DNA of 64,000 nucleotides from Escherichia coli (GTDB lineage Bacteria; Pseudomonadota; Gammaproteobacteria; Enterobacterales; Enterobacteriaceae): NCBI RefSeq assembly GCF_002854065.1, contig NZ_CP024147.1; one strand, 5' to 3'. Shown piece by piece: positions 44,110 to 55,198 of this stretch (position 1 is its first letter; each line of letters starts with the position of its first letter). The notes under the pieces were generated by a model. It saw only the letters and a program-made list of their open reading frames with translations, ran no database searches and was not told where the DNA came from. The position numbers and the translations under genes were made by a program.

Positions 44110-44918
44110 TAGTTCATCCCCAACCAGTGGAGGATCTCCTGTCCGTGGCTATCATAAAGTAATTTGGCACTCATCACCGCCGAGACGATAACGATCATCG
44201 GGCGGATCAGTTTTTGTCCTTTGCTCAACACCAGTCTTGAACCCATGCGCGCGCCGAGGAACTGCCCCACCAGCATCACAAAGCCCGTCGCCCAAATCAC
44301 TTTGCCGCCGAGAATAAACAGCAGTAAGCCGCCGATGTTTGACGTTGCGTTGAGCAATTTGGCGTGAGCCGTGGCTTTGGCGAGGTTAAATCCGCACAGC
44401 GTAACAAAGGCCAGCGCGTAAAACGATCCGGCTGCCGGACCAAAGAATCCGTCGTAAAAACCGACGCAGCCACCGGCAATTAACGCGAAGGGTAAACCGT
44501 ACATCCGGCGCTGGCGGTCTTCTTCACCCAGCTTTGGCATCAGCAAGAAATAGAGGCCGATACAAATCACCAGAATAGGCAAAATCTGCCTCAAGACATC
44601 AGCCTGAACGTATTGCACCAGCAGCGCGCCGCTCATTGAGCCGACAAAGGTCATGGCGATATTGAGTTTCTGATCGCTTAAACTAACCACTTTGCGGCGA
44701 ATAAAGTAGATAGTGGCGGAAATAGAGCCGCCGCAGGCTTGCAGTTTATTGGTTGCCAGCGCATTAGCGGGAGACATCCCCGCCGCCATCAATGCCGGAA
44801 TGGTGAGTAACCCACCGCCACCGGCAATCGAGTCGATAAATCCCGCCAGCATGGCGACAAAAAAGAGAACTCCCAGCAACAGCGGGGAAACCATAAACAG
44901 GCTATTAAACGTTTCCAT
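44109..44918 (-). CDS. yfcA: TauE/SafE-family membrane protein YfcA
   Basis: 269-aa membrane product recognised as YfcA. Confidence 0.88.
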   Translation of the reverse strand: METFNSLFMVSPLLLGVLFFVAMLAGFIDSIAGGGGLLTIPALMAAGMSPANALATNKLQACGGSISATIYFIRRKVVSLSDQKLNIAMTFVGSMSGALLVQYVQADVLRQILPILVICIGLYFLLMPKLGEEDRQRRMYGLPFALIAGGCVGFYDGFFGPAAGSFYALAFVTLCGFNLAKATAHAKLLNATSNIGGLLLFILGGKVIWATGFVMLVGQFLGARMGSRLVLSKGQKLIRPMIVIVSAVMSAKLLYDSHGQEILHWLGMN

Positions 44919-45742
44919 TAGATCACGTGCTCATCCAGTAGCGCCTGGCAGGAAGGCGGCAACGGAGGCGGTGTCTTCTTCTCAGGCTTTGTTGTTCCCG
45001 GTTTTGGAGGTTCAAACCAGCTTTGCAGTTCTGCCCCGCAACCATCGCCTGATGGCGGTAAAGGTTGATCTTCACACTCCAGACTATCGGCAGGGCAACG
45101 TAATCGTACATGCATATGCGCGCGATGCTGGAACCAGGGTCGCACTTTGCGCAACCAGTCGCGATCGGTGCCCGCATCAAGGCAAAGTTGTTGTTTAATC
45201 GCCGGATTAACAAAAATGCGCGTGACGTCTTTGTCCTGGGCGGCGAGTTTGATCAAGCTGAAAATTTCCGGCTTCCACAGCGTGGGGACAACGCGTTTAC
45301 CGTCGCGGGATACTAAGTCCAGTGCTTGCGGGCGCAAGAGCTGCGCGGAGGTCCAGCGAGTTTTCGGCAGTTGCAGAAAGATATCGACATCCAGTCCGGT
45401 CTGGTGGCTGGCATGACCGCCGTTGAAACGCCCACCAGCGGGCATCCCCATATCGCCAATCAGCACCGTACCCATGCCCAGATTGCTCACCTGGCTACTC
45501 AGACGCTGGATAAACATCACCAGGTCCGGGTGACCGAAATAGCGACGCTGATCGGTACGCATGACCTGATAATGTTCGGACTGTATCGGCAGCGTGTCAG
45601 CGCCGACGATACAGCCATTAGAAAAACTGCCTATCGATTGTGCGCTACCCAGCACAGGTTGGGTTATTTTTTGCCACGGCGTCGCTGCCAGGCTGGCGCT
45701 ACTGGCAAGCAGGGCCAGCAGCGCAATCGCGGTTTTGTTCAT
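44918..45742 (-). CDS. mepA: penicillin-insensitive murein DD-endopeptidase MepA
   Basis: 274-aa product with signal peptide recognised as MepA. Confidence 0.92.
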   Translation of the reverse strand: MNKTAIALLALLASSASLAATPWQKITQPVLGSAQSIGSFSNGCIVGADTLPIQSEHYQVMRTDQRRYFGHPDLVMFIQRLSSQVSNLGMGTVLIGDMGMPAGGRFNGGHASHQTGLDVDIFLQLPKTRWTSAQLLRPQALDLVSRDGKRVVPTLWKPEIFSLIKLAAQDKDVTRIFVNPAIKQQLCLDAGTDRDWLRKVRPWFQHRAHMHVRLRCPADSLECEDQPLPPSGDGCGAELQSWFEPPKPGTTKPEKKTPPPLPPSCQALLDEHVI

Positions 45743-45745
45743 TTT

Positions 45746-46831
45746 TTACCAGCGTGGAATATCAGTCTTCACATCGGCATTTTGCGCCCGCTGCCGTAGC
45801 AGGTGATCCATTAAAACGATCGCCAGCATCGCTTCAGCGATCGGCACCGCGCGGATCCCGACACAGGGATCGTGACGGCCTTTGGTGATCATCTCAACTT
45901 CTTCGCCAAAGCGGTTAATGGTGCGCCCCGGCACGGTAATGCTGGAAGTCGGTTTCAGCGCCATATGGGCAATGATTTGCTGGCCGCTGCTGATACCGCC
46001 AAGAATACCGCCCGCATGGTTGCTCTGGAAACCGTCTTTGGTGATTTCGTCGCGGTTCTGGCTGCCACGCAGCGCTACGACGTCAAAACCATCACCAATT
46101 TCCACACCTTTCACCGCGTTAATGCTCATTAGCGCATGGGCGATGTCGGCATCCAGGCGATCAAAAACTGGCTCACCAAGCCCGGCAGGAACGCCACTGA
46201 CAACAACGGTGACTTTCGCACCAATAGAGTCGCCCTCTTTTTTCAGCGCGCGCATCAGTTCATCTAACGCGTCGATTTTGTCCGGGTCCGGGCAGAAGAA
46301 CGGATTTTGCTCGACCTGCGACCAGTCTTTGATTTCCAGCGGAATGTCGCCCATCTGGGTCAGGCAGCCGCGAATTTCGATGCCAAATTTCTTGGCGAGA
46401 TATTTTTTGGCAATCGCTCCTGCCGCAACACGCATGGCAGTTTCACGAGCGGAAGAGCGCCCGCCGCCGCGATAATCACGCAGACCGTATTTTTGTTCGT
46501 AGGTGTAATCAGCATGGCCTGGGCGGAAAACATCTTTAATTGCGCTGTAATCCTGAGAACGCTGATCAGTGTTTTCGATCAACAAACCGATGCTGGTGCC
46601 GGTAGTAACACCTTCAAAAACACCGGAGAGAATTTTGACCTGATCCGGTTCGCGGCGCTGGGTGGTATAGCGCGATGTCCCAGGGCGACGACGGTCGAGG
46701 TCATGTTGCAGGTCCGCTTCTGTTAGCGGAATGCCTGGCGGAACACCATCGACGATGCAGCCGAGCGCCAGCCCGTGCGATTCGCCGAAGGTGGTTACGC
46801 GAAAGAGTTGTCCAATTGTGTTTCCAGCCAT
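45746..46831 (-). CDS. aroC: chorismate synthase
   Basis: ORF-track ORF is 362 aa (MMAGNTIG...); the 361-aa form starts at the second Met. Confidence 0.93.
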   Translation of the reverse strand: MAGNTIGQLFRVTTFGESHGLALGCIVDGVPPGIPLTEADLQHDLDRRRPGTSRYTTQRREPDQVKILSGVFEGVTTGTSIGLLIENTDQRSQDYSAIKDVFRPGHADYTYEQKYGLRDYRGGGRSSARETAMRVAAGAIAKKYLAKKFGIEIRGCLTQMGDIPLEIKDWSQVEQNPFFCPDPDKIDALDELMRALKKEGDSIGAKVTVVVSGVPAGLGEPVFDRLDADIAHALMSINAVKGVEIGDGFDVVALRGSQNRDEITKDGFQSNHAGGILGGISSGQQIIAHMALKPTSSITVPGRTINRFGEEVEMITKGRHDPCVGIRAVPIAEAMLAIVLMDHLLRQRAQNADVKTDIPRW

Positions 46832-46865
46832 CACGGCTCCGTTATTGTTGTGTTTGCGTGTTTAC

Positions 46866-47798
46866 TTAATCTTTATAAATCGCGAAATGTTCACGGGCCG
46901 CCAGCAGCTGCTCTTTGGTGAGCATAAACACACCATCGCCGCCGTTATCAAACTCCAGCCAGGTGAACGGAACATCCGGATATTGTTCCATAAGATGTAC
47001 CATGCTGTTGCCGACTTCACAAATCAGCACACCATCATCAGCAAGGTAATCTGCCGCGTTACCGAGAATGCGACGCGTCAGTTTCAGGCCGTCGGTGCCA
47101 GATGCCAGGCCCAGTTCCGGCTCGTGGCGGTATTCATTTGGCAGGTCGGACATATCTTCCGCATCGACATACGGCGGGTTAGTGACGATCAGGTCGTACT
47201 GCACTTTCGGCAAATCACGGAACAGATCGGAACGAATCGGGATGACATTGTGGATCAGACCGTGTTCTTCGATGTTCTGTTCGGCAACCGCCAGCGCGTC
47301 GGGAGAGATATCTACCGCATCGACTTCTGCTTCCGGGAAGGCATAAGCACAGGCAATGGCAATGCAGCCGCTACCGGTACACATATCTAAAATATGCTGC
47401 GGTTGCTTGCTGATTAGCCCGGCAAATTTATTGTTGATCAGTTCACCAATCGGCGAGCGCGGCACCAGCACGCGTTCATCGACGTAAAATTCATGACCGC
47501 AGAACCAGGCTTTATTGGTCAGGTAAGCCACCGGAATGCGTTCGTTGACGCGGCGGATCACGCGCTCAACAATACGGTGTTTTTCGCTGGAGGTCAGACG
47601 CGCGGTGCGCATATCTTCCGGAATATCCAGCGGCAGGTAGAGCGACGGCAACACCAATTGTACCGCTTCATCCCACGGGTTATCGGTGCCGTGACCGTAC
47701 CAGATATTTGCCGCGCTGAAGCGGCTAACCGACCAGCGCAACATGTCCTGAATGGTTTGCAGCTCATTAACTGCTTCATCAACGAAAATTTTATCCAC
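46866..47798 (-). CDS. prmB: ribosomal protein uL3 glutamine methyltransferase PrmB
   Basis: ORF-track ORF is 428 aa from an upstream TTG; the 310-aa form with GTG start ([10 protein letters not shown]) and NPPY motif is what I recall. Start coordinate +/-1. Confidence 0.88.
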   Translation of the reverse strand: MDKIFVDEAVNELQTIQDMLRWSVSRFSAANIWYGHGTDNPWDEAVQLVLPSLYLPLDIPEDMRTARLTSSEKHRIVERVIRRVNERIPVAYLTNKAWFCGHEFYVDERVLVPRSPIGELINNKFAGLISKQPQHILDMCTGSGCIAIACAYAFPEAEVDAVDISPDALAVAEQNIEEHGLIHNVIPIRSDLFRDLPKVQYDLIVTNPPYVDAEDMSDLPNEYRHEPELGLASGTDGLKLTRRILGNAADYLADDGVLICEVGNSMVHLMEQYPDVPFTWLEFDNGGDGVFMLTKEQLLAAREHFAIYKD

Positions 47799-47963
47799 GT
47801 ATTCCTCCAGGGCATGATCGCAATAATTTCGGCGGCTAGTTTGCCATGAAGATGACGATAAATCAGCATTCACGCGCGGTGAGTGAGGAAAAATACGTTT
47901 AAAACGATCGATTGCGCTACGAGTCGGGTAAACTGTAGGAAAATTAGAAATAGAGACGCATAA

Positions 47964-48515
47964 ATGAAAAAGAAAACAACACTTAGCGAGGAGGACCAGG
48001 CTCTGTTTCGCCAGTTGATGGCGGGGACTCGCAAGATTAAGCAGGACACCATTGTCCATCGGCCGCAGCGTAAAAAAGTCAGCGAAGTGCCCGTCAAACG
48101 GTTGATTCAGGAGCAGGTTGACGCCAGTCACTATTTCTCTGACGAATTTCAACCGTTATTAAATGCTGATGGCCCGGTGAAGTATGTACGCCCTGGTGTA
48201 GACCATTTTGAGGCGAAAAAGCTGCGCCGCGGCGATTATTCACCTGAGCTTTTCCTCGATTTACATGGTTTGACGCAAATGCAGGCCAAGCAGGAGCTGG
48301 GCGCGTTGATTGCCGCCTGCCGCCGTGAACATGTGTTTTGCGCTTGCGTAATGCACGGGCACGGGAAGCATATTTTAAAACAGCAAACGCCGCTGTGGCT
48401 GGCGCAACATCCGCATGTAATGGCATTTCACCAGGCGCCGAAAGAGTACGGCGGAGATGCAGCGTTGTTAGTGTTGATTGAAGTGGAAGAGTGGCTACCG
48501 CCGGAGTTGCCGTGA
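47964..48515 (+). CDS. smrB: Smr-domain ribosome-rescue endonuclease SmrB
   Basis: 183-aa product recognised as SmrB/YfcN. Confidence 0.9.
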   Translation: MKKKTTLSEEDQALFRQLMAGTRKIKQDTIVHRPQRKKVSEVPVKRLIQEQVDASHYFSDEFQPLLNADGPVKYVRPGVDHFEAKKLRRGDYSPELFLDLHGLTQMQAKQELGALIAACRREHVFCACVMHGHGKHILKQQTPLWLAQHPHVMAFHQAPKEYGGDAALLVLIEVEEWLPPELP

Positions 48516-48584
48516 ATTGTTGAGCGCATTGCGCCAGGAGCGGGGAATGGCAGGGTCGAAGACCCTGCCTGGTGGTTCTAAGGG

Positions 48585-49430
48585 CTACAACTCATTCAGT
48601 ATGTACTGGAACCGGCAAGTAGAATCGATTGGCTGCATACTGCTGGTATCAACACGCACGACCATATCGTGTAACTGCTTGTCCGTTATAGGGTGTCGAC
48701 TTGGCGTGACCGTGACTTCCGCCTTATCACATCCCGACGCAGTAAAAGTTATCATCTGTGCAACCCAGCGGCAGTAACCACCGGCTTCATCCATCTGCGA
48801 ACTGTCGCACAATTTGCCATCTTTCATTAAATACGTTGAAAGCGTTTTCTCAACCACACTGCCCGTTGACTGCAGGGTGAGTAGTTTTGACTTACTGACA
48901 AAATTCTCACTCCATGAAACATCAAAAGGTTGAACAGAAACAGTCGGGCAAAGCGTGCCGTAACCATTCGGCCCCTGATACTTCACCCCCCCCCTCTGCG
49001 GGGTATTCTGGACGGTATCATTGACGACTACTAGCCACGGGCAAAAAAACTCATCTTCAATCTCCACAGCAACGCTCACTTCAAACGTCATCGAACCACA
49101 GTCCCATGAAGAAGGTAAACCTGGACATAATGCTCTATCGAGATTCTGTTTGTAACTCTTCAATTTAACTGTCGGTGCAGGAGGTGGCCCATTCCAGCTG
49201 GTATTTTGTAGATAGTCGCCAGTGCGAAACACACTAGTAGACTGATATTCTCCATTGTAGACTCCCGAAGGCATCATGATTTTCAGGCTATATGAAATGG
49301 TAGCTGATATATCATGACCAATGCCGTAGTAAGTGGTAACACTATGCACGGCAGCGAGACCTTCTGTAGCAGAAATAAGTATTATCAGAGCGTACAACCA
49401 TCGTAGTATTTTCATGTTAAATGTACTCAA
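48585..49430 (-). CDS. yfcO: uncharacterised protein YfcO (last gene of yfc fimbrial cluster)
   Basis: 281-aa ORF with signal peptide; the annotated form probably starts at the internal MKILRW (about 49415); recognised as YfcO. Confidence 0.8.
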   Translation of the reverse strand: MSTFNMKILRWLYALIILISATEGLAAVHSVTTYYGIGHDISATISYSLKIMMPSGVYNGEYQSTSVFRTGDYLQNTSWNGPPPAPTVKLKSYKQNLDRALCPGLPSSWDCGSMTFEVSVAVEIEDEFFCPWLVVVNDTVQNTPQRGGVKYQGPNGYGTLCPTVSVQPFDVSWSENFVSKSKLLTLQSTGSVVEKTLSTYLMKDGKLCDSSQMDEAGGYCRWVAQMITFTASGCDKAEVTVTPSRHPITDKQLHDMVVRVDTSSMQPIDSTCRFQYILNEL

Positions 49431-49956
49431 ATGTCGCAGTTAAAGAGGCGGTAAAATCACCGATCGTCACATCGCGACCGCTTTTCGCCTGGATCCAGGC
49501 TTTGAAATTAATCTCATTGTTACCGTTGATAAGCGCAAAGGTCGCCCCGGTGGGGTTGTTAATATCCACCCGTGTTCCGTCGAGCGTTTCCATTCCTATC
49601 CCCACGCCCTGCGCGGTGGAAGTGTCATCGACTGCCAGAAAACCCGGCTGACCGCTGTCTTCGGTGCCGCTCAGCGTGACTTTGACTTTGTATCCCGCCG
49701 GCCCTTTGCAGTCTTTCAGCTTAAACACAACCGGCAGGTGCGCGGACTGTCCGGCTACCATCAAATCCCGGTTGCTGACGGTGGGAAAATGGATTTCTGC
49801 CAGATTGGCACCATCCACCACCAGCGTGCAGGATTTACTCAGCAGGTTGCCGTAAAAATGCAGGTTGTTGTCCACGGCGAAAGTGTCTGTGCTGGCGGTC
49901 AGCAGCAGGCCCGCTAACAGCGCGTAACTGGGCGAATAAGTGCGTTCTGTTTTCAT
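49417..49956 (-). CDS. yfcP: fimbrial-like adhesin/subunit YfcP
   Basis: 179-aa secreted product recognised as YfcP. Confidence 0.85.
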   Translation of the reverse strand: MKTERTYSPSYALLAGLLLTASTDTFAVDNNLHFYGNLLSKSCTLVVDGANLAEIHFPTVSNRDLMVAGQSAHLPVVFKLKDCKGPAGYKVKVTLSGTEDSGQPGFLAVDDTSTAQGVGIGMETLDGTRVDINNPTGATFALINGNNEINFKAWIQAKSGRDVTIGDFTASLTATFEYI

Positions 49957-50441
49957 TGGTAATCCACCCGTAACGTTGCGTAAGCAGAAAAAGTCGTGTC
50001 CGTCAGCACCGCGTCAGCCGCTTTTACCGGCACCGCCTCCAGCTTCGGCTTCTGGCTAAAATCGGTGGCGTTAATGGAAAGCGGCTCGTTGAGCTTAAAA
50101 CGCTGACCGTCGTGCTGAAGCTCAATTCCGAAACCGGGCACACTCGTCTCAATAGCAGAGTCGTTGTAGGAGGTTGCGGTCCCCGTCCAGGTGAGCGTCA
50201 TATTCCACTCAGGATCGCGGACATCAGAGTCGCAACTCAGTTCGTAGTCCACTTTCTGACGACCGTAATTGCCGTCAATGCTGTCGATAATGAGATCGCG
50301 AAACTGCACTTCGATGGTTTGCCCGCCGCTGATGCTACATGCGGGCGGTGACATCAGCGTACCGTGGAATGTGATGTCCTCGTCGGTGGCCAGAGCCGAG
50401 CCCCAGCATGCGCACAGTAAAATAAGCGTGAGTTTTTTCAT
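49953..50441 (-). CDS. yfcQ: fimbrial minor subunit YfcQ
   Basis: 162-aa secreted product; 4-bp overlap with yfcP. Confidence 0.85.
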   Translation of the reverse strand: MKKLTLILLCACWGSALATDEDITFHGTLMSPPACSISGGQTIEVQFRDLIIDSIDGNYGRQKVDYELSCDSDVRDPEWNMTLTWTGTATSYNDSAIETSVPGFGIELQHDGQRFKLNEPLSINATDFSQKPKLEAVPVKAADAVLTDTTFSAYATLRVDYQ

Positions 50442-50935
50442 TGGTAATCAACCACCATGGTCAGACTGGCGTTAAATTCCGACGGCGTTAACTGCACCCC
50501 GCTCTGCTTTACCGGTACCGCTTTCAGCTGTGGCTGGGTGTTAAAGTTGAAAGGCGTCCAGGTATTTTCACCGACCGCAAACAGGGAATTATCGGCAGCG
50601 TTTTCAATCCGCACTCCCAGGCCAGCGATATTCGTGCTGAGAACCGTTTCTCCGTTGATAACGGCGGTATTGCCTTTAAGCTGCATTTGTAAGTCATCGC
50701 TGGCCTTATCGCCGCAGCTCAGGGTGTATTTCGCATCCTGTCGGTAATTGGTGCCATTAATCTTATTGATGAACACATTGCCAAATTCCACCGCGCTTCC
50801 CTTCACGGAACACGGCGGCGGTGCATCCACTAACACGCGCAGAGTTAACTCCACGGTTTTACTGCCAGCCATAACAGGGAAACTACAGAGACTGAATACC
50901 AGAAACCCCGCGCCCGCTAAAAACTTGTGACTCAT
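50438..50935 (-). CDS. yfcR: fimbrial minor subunit YfcR
   Basis: 165-aa secreted product; 4-bp overlap with yfcQ. Confidence 0.85.
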   Translation of the reverse strand: MSHKFLAGAGFLVFSLCSFPVMAGSKTVELTLRVLVDAPPPCSVKGSAVEFGNVFINKINGTNYRQDAKYTLSCGDKASDDLQMQLKGNTAVINGETVLSTNIAGLGVRIENAADNSLFAVGENTWTPFNFNTQPQLKAVPVKQSGVQLTPSEFNASLTMVVDYQ

Positions 50936-50950
50936 AAGTTTCTCCCGGCA

Positions 50951-51703
50951 TCAGCCTTTGCGGCTCTGCTCTACATCCACCTGGCAGGTATCGCCGCCAC
51001 ATTTAAAATACAGCGGCATCCGTGCGCCATAGTCGTTAACGTAGGTCAGCACCGGGACGCTATCCATTTTGACTTTTAACGGCACAGAGGTTTTTGGCGA
51101 TATCACCATGGGGGAAAATCCCGCTGCCGGATTGCCATTTTTTTGTGCACTAGCGTTACTGATAACCACGAAGTACGGCGTCGGGTTATTGACAGTAAAC
51201 TCCTGGCCGCTGCGGGTTAAGGTCACCTTATGCTGCCATGGATTTTTCATGCTGACGTTTTCCAGCGCCTTTGGTCGCCAGAACAGCTTGATGCGCGTTT
51301 GCAGCGCAATCTGTAACGTGTTGGGTTTGTTCGATTTCGGCGGGATCTCACGCACGTTGAAATAGAACACGCTCTCGCGGTCGGCAGGCAGCTTGTTGAT
51401 ATCCGGCATGCCCTGTACCTTCACCTGACCGTTCATCATGGAATCGATGCGCTGCACCGGCGGCAGTACCGTCAGCGGCGAGCTAATCTTGTTACCCTGC
51501 TCGTCTTCCATCCAGCTTTGTGCCAGATACGGCATTTTCGGGTCGTTATTGCGCAGCGTGACGCTGATTGATTTATCACTTTCGTTAAAAGTCAGGCGTG
51601 TACGGTCCGGGGTGACAGAGGCCTGTGCTGACAGGCTGGCGGCAGTTATCAGTAACGCCAGCGTCGTTGCGGCCGTTCTGGCAGAACAAAATAGATTCGT
51701 CAT
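50951..51703 (-). CDS. yfcS: periplasmic fimbrial chaperone YfcS (PapD-like)
   Basis: 250-aa product with signal peptide; recognised as YfcS. Confidence 0.88.
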   Translation of the reverse strand: MTNLFCSARTAATTLALLITAASLSAQASVTPDRTRLTFNESDKSISVTLRNNDPKMPYLAQSWMEDEQGNKISSPLTVLPPVQRIDSMMNGQVKVQGMPDINKLPADRESVFYFNVREIPPKSNKPNTLQIALQTRIKLFWRPKALENVSMKNPWQHKVTLTRSGQEFTVNNPTPYFVVISNASAQKNGNPAAGFSPMVISPKTSVPLKVKMDSVPVLTYVNDYGARMPLYFKCGGDTCQVDVEQSRKG

Positions 51704-51725
51704 GGATCATTCCTTAATCACGTTA

Positions 51726-54377
51726 TTAATTGGCGGATACCGATACCGGCGCTTCCGTTGGCATCACCTGCTGGGTCTGCTCCTGGATCACCGGCTTAAT
51801 TTCATTGGGCACCGGGGAAGGTATCGCCCCTGTTTGCTGGCATGGTAGTAACAGGCCATTGAACAGATCGGCTGGCAGCGGGTCAGGCAGATGAATATCG
51901 CAGTGGGCCACACCGCCCCATGAAACGATCATATGCTCGCCAGGTTTGACGCCCGCGAGGTAGACGTTGCCGTCATCGTCAACCAGACCGACGTTCTGCG
52001 CGCTGTCGTTTTTCACTTCCGCGCCAAACGGCGGATAGCTGCCATCCTGCAGACGCAGTACCGCCATCGCTTTTTGCCCGCTGATCACCGAGAACTTACG
52101 GTAGCCAATGGCCCCTTCGGTAAGCGTCGCCTGCACCACGGACTGGGTGGCTTCGGCGTTTTCCGGCAGGTTGTTAAGGTCGATATACGCCTGGTTGCGG
52201 TAGTAGTTGTTGACGTCTGCCACCACGGCCTTACCGAACATATTGGTGTAAACCGCCGCACCGTTTCCTTCCACCGGAACACCGGCCACACCGTCGGCAT
52301 CAATCAGCAGACGCGTGCCGCCCATATTCTGGGTGCGGTGGAGCGCGCCACCCTGCGCGGTGAGCGTCGCCCCGCCCTGGAGTGAAATCCCCGCTGAGGT
52401 GTACTGCCCTTCATGGTAGTTGGCGCTGAGATCCACCTGCGCAAGCGATCCATCGTGGCTGTAATAGCCGTCAACGCTGGAGTGTTTGTCGCTGGTGCCC
52501 ACGTTCAGCTGGTAGTGAGTTGCGTCATCGACACGGCTGAAATACCCCACCTGACTGCTGTCCGAACCGCTGCCATAGTTGCCGTTATAGCTGATGGTGC
52601 TGCTGTCACCCCACGGCATGCTGAGCGATATGTACACACCTTTATCGGCCTGGTTATCATACTCGTAGCGGTATCCGGTCATGGAAATGCTCATGTTGCG
52701 GATACTGCCCAGGTTGAAGTAGTGAGAGAGCATGACGTTGTAGTTGGTCTGCTCGTCGCGATCCCAGTAAGTATGGCGGGTGTAGTTGAGATAAACAGAT
52801 ACACCGGCATCCCTGAAGTTCTGGTTGTAGGTGGCGGTGTACATCTCTTTGTCGTTGCCGGTGCGCACCATTTCGCTGTCGCTGGCATCGAGATACTCGC
52901 TCATGGTCATGAAGTTCTCTTCCGAGAAGCGGTATCCGGCAAAAGTGACGCGGCTGTTCAGTTCATCGAAGTCTTTGGAATAGCTCACGCGAAACGAGTT
53001 ACCGTCCAGTGAACCTTTACCGTAGGCGGTCTCTTTATCCAGACGGGTATGCGAGTGGGTGATATCAAAGGCGACCGCACCAAACACAGACAGATCGCGA
53101 CCGACGCCAAGCGCCGCCGACTGATAGTGTTCATCTGCCAGCGCCCCGCCGTAGAGCGACCAGCCGTTGGCAATCCCCCATGAAGCTTCGCCGCCGGAGA
53201 AGAAACCACCTTCAACATGATGCCCCCACTCCTGCGGGCGGCCCATCATCAGCTTATAGCGCACCTGGCCGGGGCGGGTCAGGAACGGCATCGAGGCGGT
53301 GTTGATGTCATATTCCTGCACCTGGCCGTTCTGTTCTTCAATGCGGATGTGCAGTGTACCGGAGACAGAATCGCCAAGATCCTGGATGCGGAACGGCCCC
53401 GCCGGAACCTGCGTTTCGTAAATCACGCGGCCCATCTGGCTGACGGTCACTTTCGCGGTGGTGTGCGCCACGCCGGAGATATCCGGCGCATAGCCGCGCA
53501 GATTCGGCGGCAACATTTGATCGTCGGTGCTGATACTGCCACCCACGTAGTTAAAGCCGTCGAAAATATCAGAATTAAGGTAGTCTTCGCCAAGGCCAAG
53601 TTTGGCTTTTAGCGACGGTAAGGCTCGCCAGGCGTAGTAGCGGCTCCACTCCCAGTTTTTTTGCGTGTCATCACCGTTGATAACATCGTCATCATTGCTT
53701 TTACTATGCAAATAATCAGTCTGCCAGTCGGCTCGCAGACGCCATGCGCCGAGGTTCACCCCAACCGTCCCGTTGCCGCTAATTTCATTGCTGTCATCCC
53801 CGCCATTTTCTTCATGTCGTGTCTGAGCGGTAATACTGTAGTCAGCAATTAAACCAGATATACCGTCATCCCAGCGTGAAGGCGGATCCCAGTTGATGTC
53901 GGTATATTCAAGGTAAGCCTGGGGTAATGAAATGACTAACGCTGACTGACTCAGGTCAGCTTTAATATCAATGCCTTCCAGTTGACCGGGTTTCAGGCAT
54001 TTGCCGTCGTGGATCCATTGCAGGTTTTTTGCCACATCCTCTTTTAAGCCAAACTGCGCGACCAGTTCAGGCGGCAGGCAGGCATAGGTTTTACTGGCAT
54101 CGTTCTCAGAGGCGTACCAGTAAATATCGTATTCTTCCGTCAGCGGCTGTTTATTTAGTTGAACCTGTAAATTGTATTTCCCAGGCTCGACATAACCCTG
54201 GCTGGAAAATCGCTTCAGATCGATTTTTGTGTCGCCTTTTAACTCCAGAAAACGGGAATCAAACTGAATTTCATCTTCAGCCCAGGCATTGACATAACTC
54301 CCGGACATTGCCAATGCAACGCAGCAGGGAAGTACCCGCAGTCGGAAAAGAGAATGGTCAGGCATACACGTATCCAT
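51726..54377 (-). CDS. yfcU: outer-membrane fimbrial usher (FimD/PapC family), uninterrupted 883-aa ORF
   Basis: Single 883-aa ORF with N-terminal signal peptide; corresponds to the yfcT+yfcU region that I recall as a frameshifted pseudogene in MG1655. Confidence 0.85.
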   Translation of the reverse strand: MDTCMPDHSLFRLRVLPCCVALAMSGSYVNAWAEDEIQFDSRFLELKGDTKIDLKRFSSQGYVEPGKYNLQVQLNKQPLTEEYDIYWYASENDASKTYACLPPELVAQFGLKEDVAKNLQWIHDGKCLKPGQLEGIDIKADLSQSALVISLPQAYLEYTDINWDPPSRWDDGISGLIADYSITAQTRHEENGGDDSNEISGNGTVGVNLGAWRLRADWQTDYLHSKSNDDDVINGDDTQKNWEWSRYYAWRALPSLKAKLGLGEDYLNSDIFDGFNYVGGSISTDDQMLPPNLRGYAPDISGVAHTTAKVTVSQMGRVIYETQVPAGPFRIQDLGDSVSGTLHIRIEEQNGQVQEYDINTASMPFLTRPGQVRYKLMMGRPQEWGHHVEGGFFSGGEASWGIANGWSLYGGALADEHYQSAALGVGRDLSVFGAVAFDITHSHTRLDKETAYGKGSLDGNSFRVSYSKDFDELNSRVTFAGYRFSEENFMTMSEYLDASDSEMVRTGNDKEMYTATYNQNFRDAGVSVYLNYTRHTYWDRDEQTNYNVMLSHYFNLGSIRNMSISMTGYRYEYDNQADKGVYISLSMPWGDSSTISYNGNYGSGSDSSQVGYFSRVDDATHYQLNVGTSDKHSSVDGYYSHDGSLAQVDLSANYHEGQYTSAGISLQGGATLTAQGGALHRTQNMGGTRLLIDADGVAGVPVEGNGAAVYTNMFGKAVVADVNNYYRNQAYIDLNNLPENAEATQSVVQATLTEGAIGYRKFSVISGQKAMAVLRLQDGSYPPFGAEVKNDSAQNVGLVDDDGNVYLAGVKPGEHMIVSWGGVAHCDIHLPDPLPADLFNGLLLPCQQTGAIPSPVPNEIKPVIQEQTQQVMPTEAPVSVSAN

Positions 54378-54446
54378 CCGTAATTATTATAATTTGCGCG
54401 AATTCCATTTAAAAACCCCATAGCCCGAAAGCTATGGGGGTATCAC

Positions 54447-55010
54447 TTAGAGATAAGTAATCTGGAAGGTCGTGTTGGCTTCAAAATTACCTAAATCTGG
54501 CGCATCAGCAGCGCCCACCAGCCAGGCTTTAAAGTCCAGCGTCTGCTTCGCTTTGCCTTTGTTGGTCGCCGTATCGTTTACGATTTTCTGTTCGATACCC
54601 GCGCCGCTTTTATAAGAGGTTCCCTGAGCGTCACCAATGGCCAGGCTGACATTGTTAAATGCCGCACCAGTATCGGTATTGTAAATGGTGTAGTAATTGC
54701 CGCTGTTGGTAGAAGACGCGTTACCGGTGAAGGTAGTGGTCATCGTTGTCTGGGTGTCAAACACACAGTCTTGCAGATGGATCTGGAAAGCTTTCGGTGT
54801 AGAAGTCCCGTTGTTTTTCAGGATCCCTGAACCAATGTCACCCATATCAACTTCCAGTTTGTGATCATCAGGAACGATGGAGCACGGGGAATCTTCAATG
54901 GTGCCGTAGAAACGTGCTGTACCATTGTTGCCAGCGGCGATTGTTGAAGTAGAAGCGAACGCACCCATTACCATTGTTGCAGCAATAGCTGTTTTTACAA
55001 ACTTACTCAT
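54447..55010 (-). CDS. yfcV: major fimbrial subunit YfcV
   Basis: 187-aa secreted product with pilin-like C-terminal beta strand (TFQITYL); first gene of the yfc operon. Confidence 0.88.
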   Translation of the reverse strand: MSKFVKTAIAATMVMGAFASTSTIAAGNNGTARFYGTIEDSPCSIVPDDHKLEVDMGDIGSGILKNNGTSTPKAFQIHLQDCVFDTQTTMTTTFTGNASSTNSGNYYTIYNTDTGAAFNNVSLAIGDAQGTSYKSGAGIEQKIVNDTATNKGKAKQTLDFKAWLVGAADAPDLGNFEANTTFQITYL

Positions 55011-55198
55011 TATTTGTCCTTAAACCATAAATAATTAAAAATATAAACATTGCAATACATTGATTCAGTCAATAGCAATTATTTATACCCAGCCATTGAA
55101 TAAGCTATCCGATCTAACTAACAAGAAAATAGGTCGCATAAGAAGATATTCTTTGGTGTGGGCGGATGGTGATATTTTGTCTTGGTAATGACTCCAAC

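Noticed and set aside
45882-46726. 197- and 139-aa plus-strand ORFs overlapping aroC
   Set aside because: Antisense to the recognised aroC gene; Pro/Ser-rich compositional artefacts.
51933-53612. Several 130-200 aa ORFs on the plus strand within the usher gene
   Set aside because: All lie antisense to the 883-aa usher ORF and are highly repetitive (Val/Ala/His-rich); no RBS or conservation argument.
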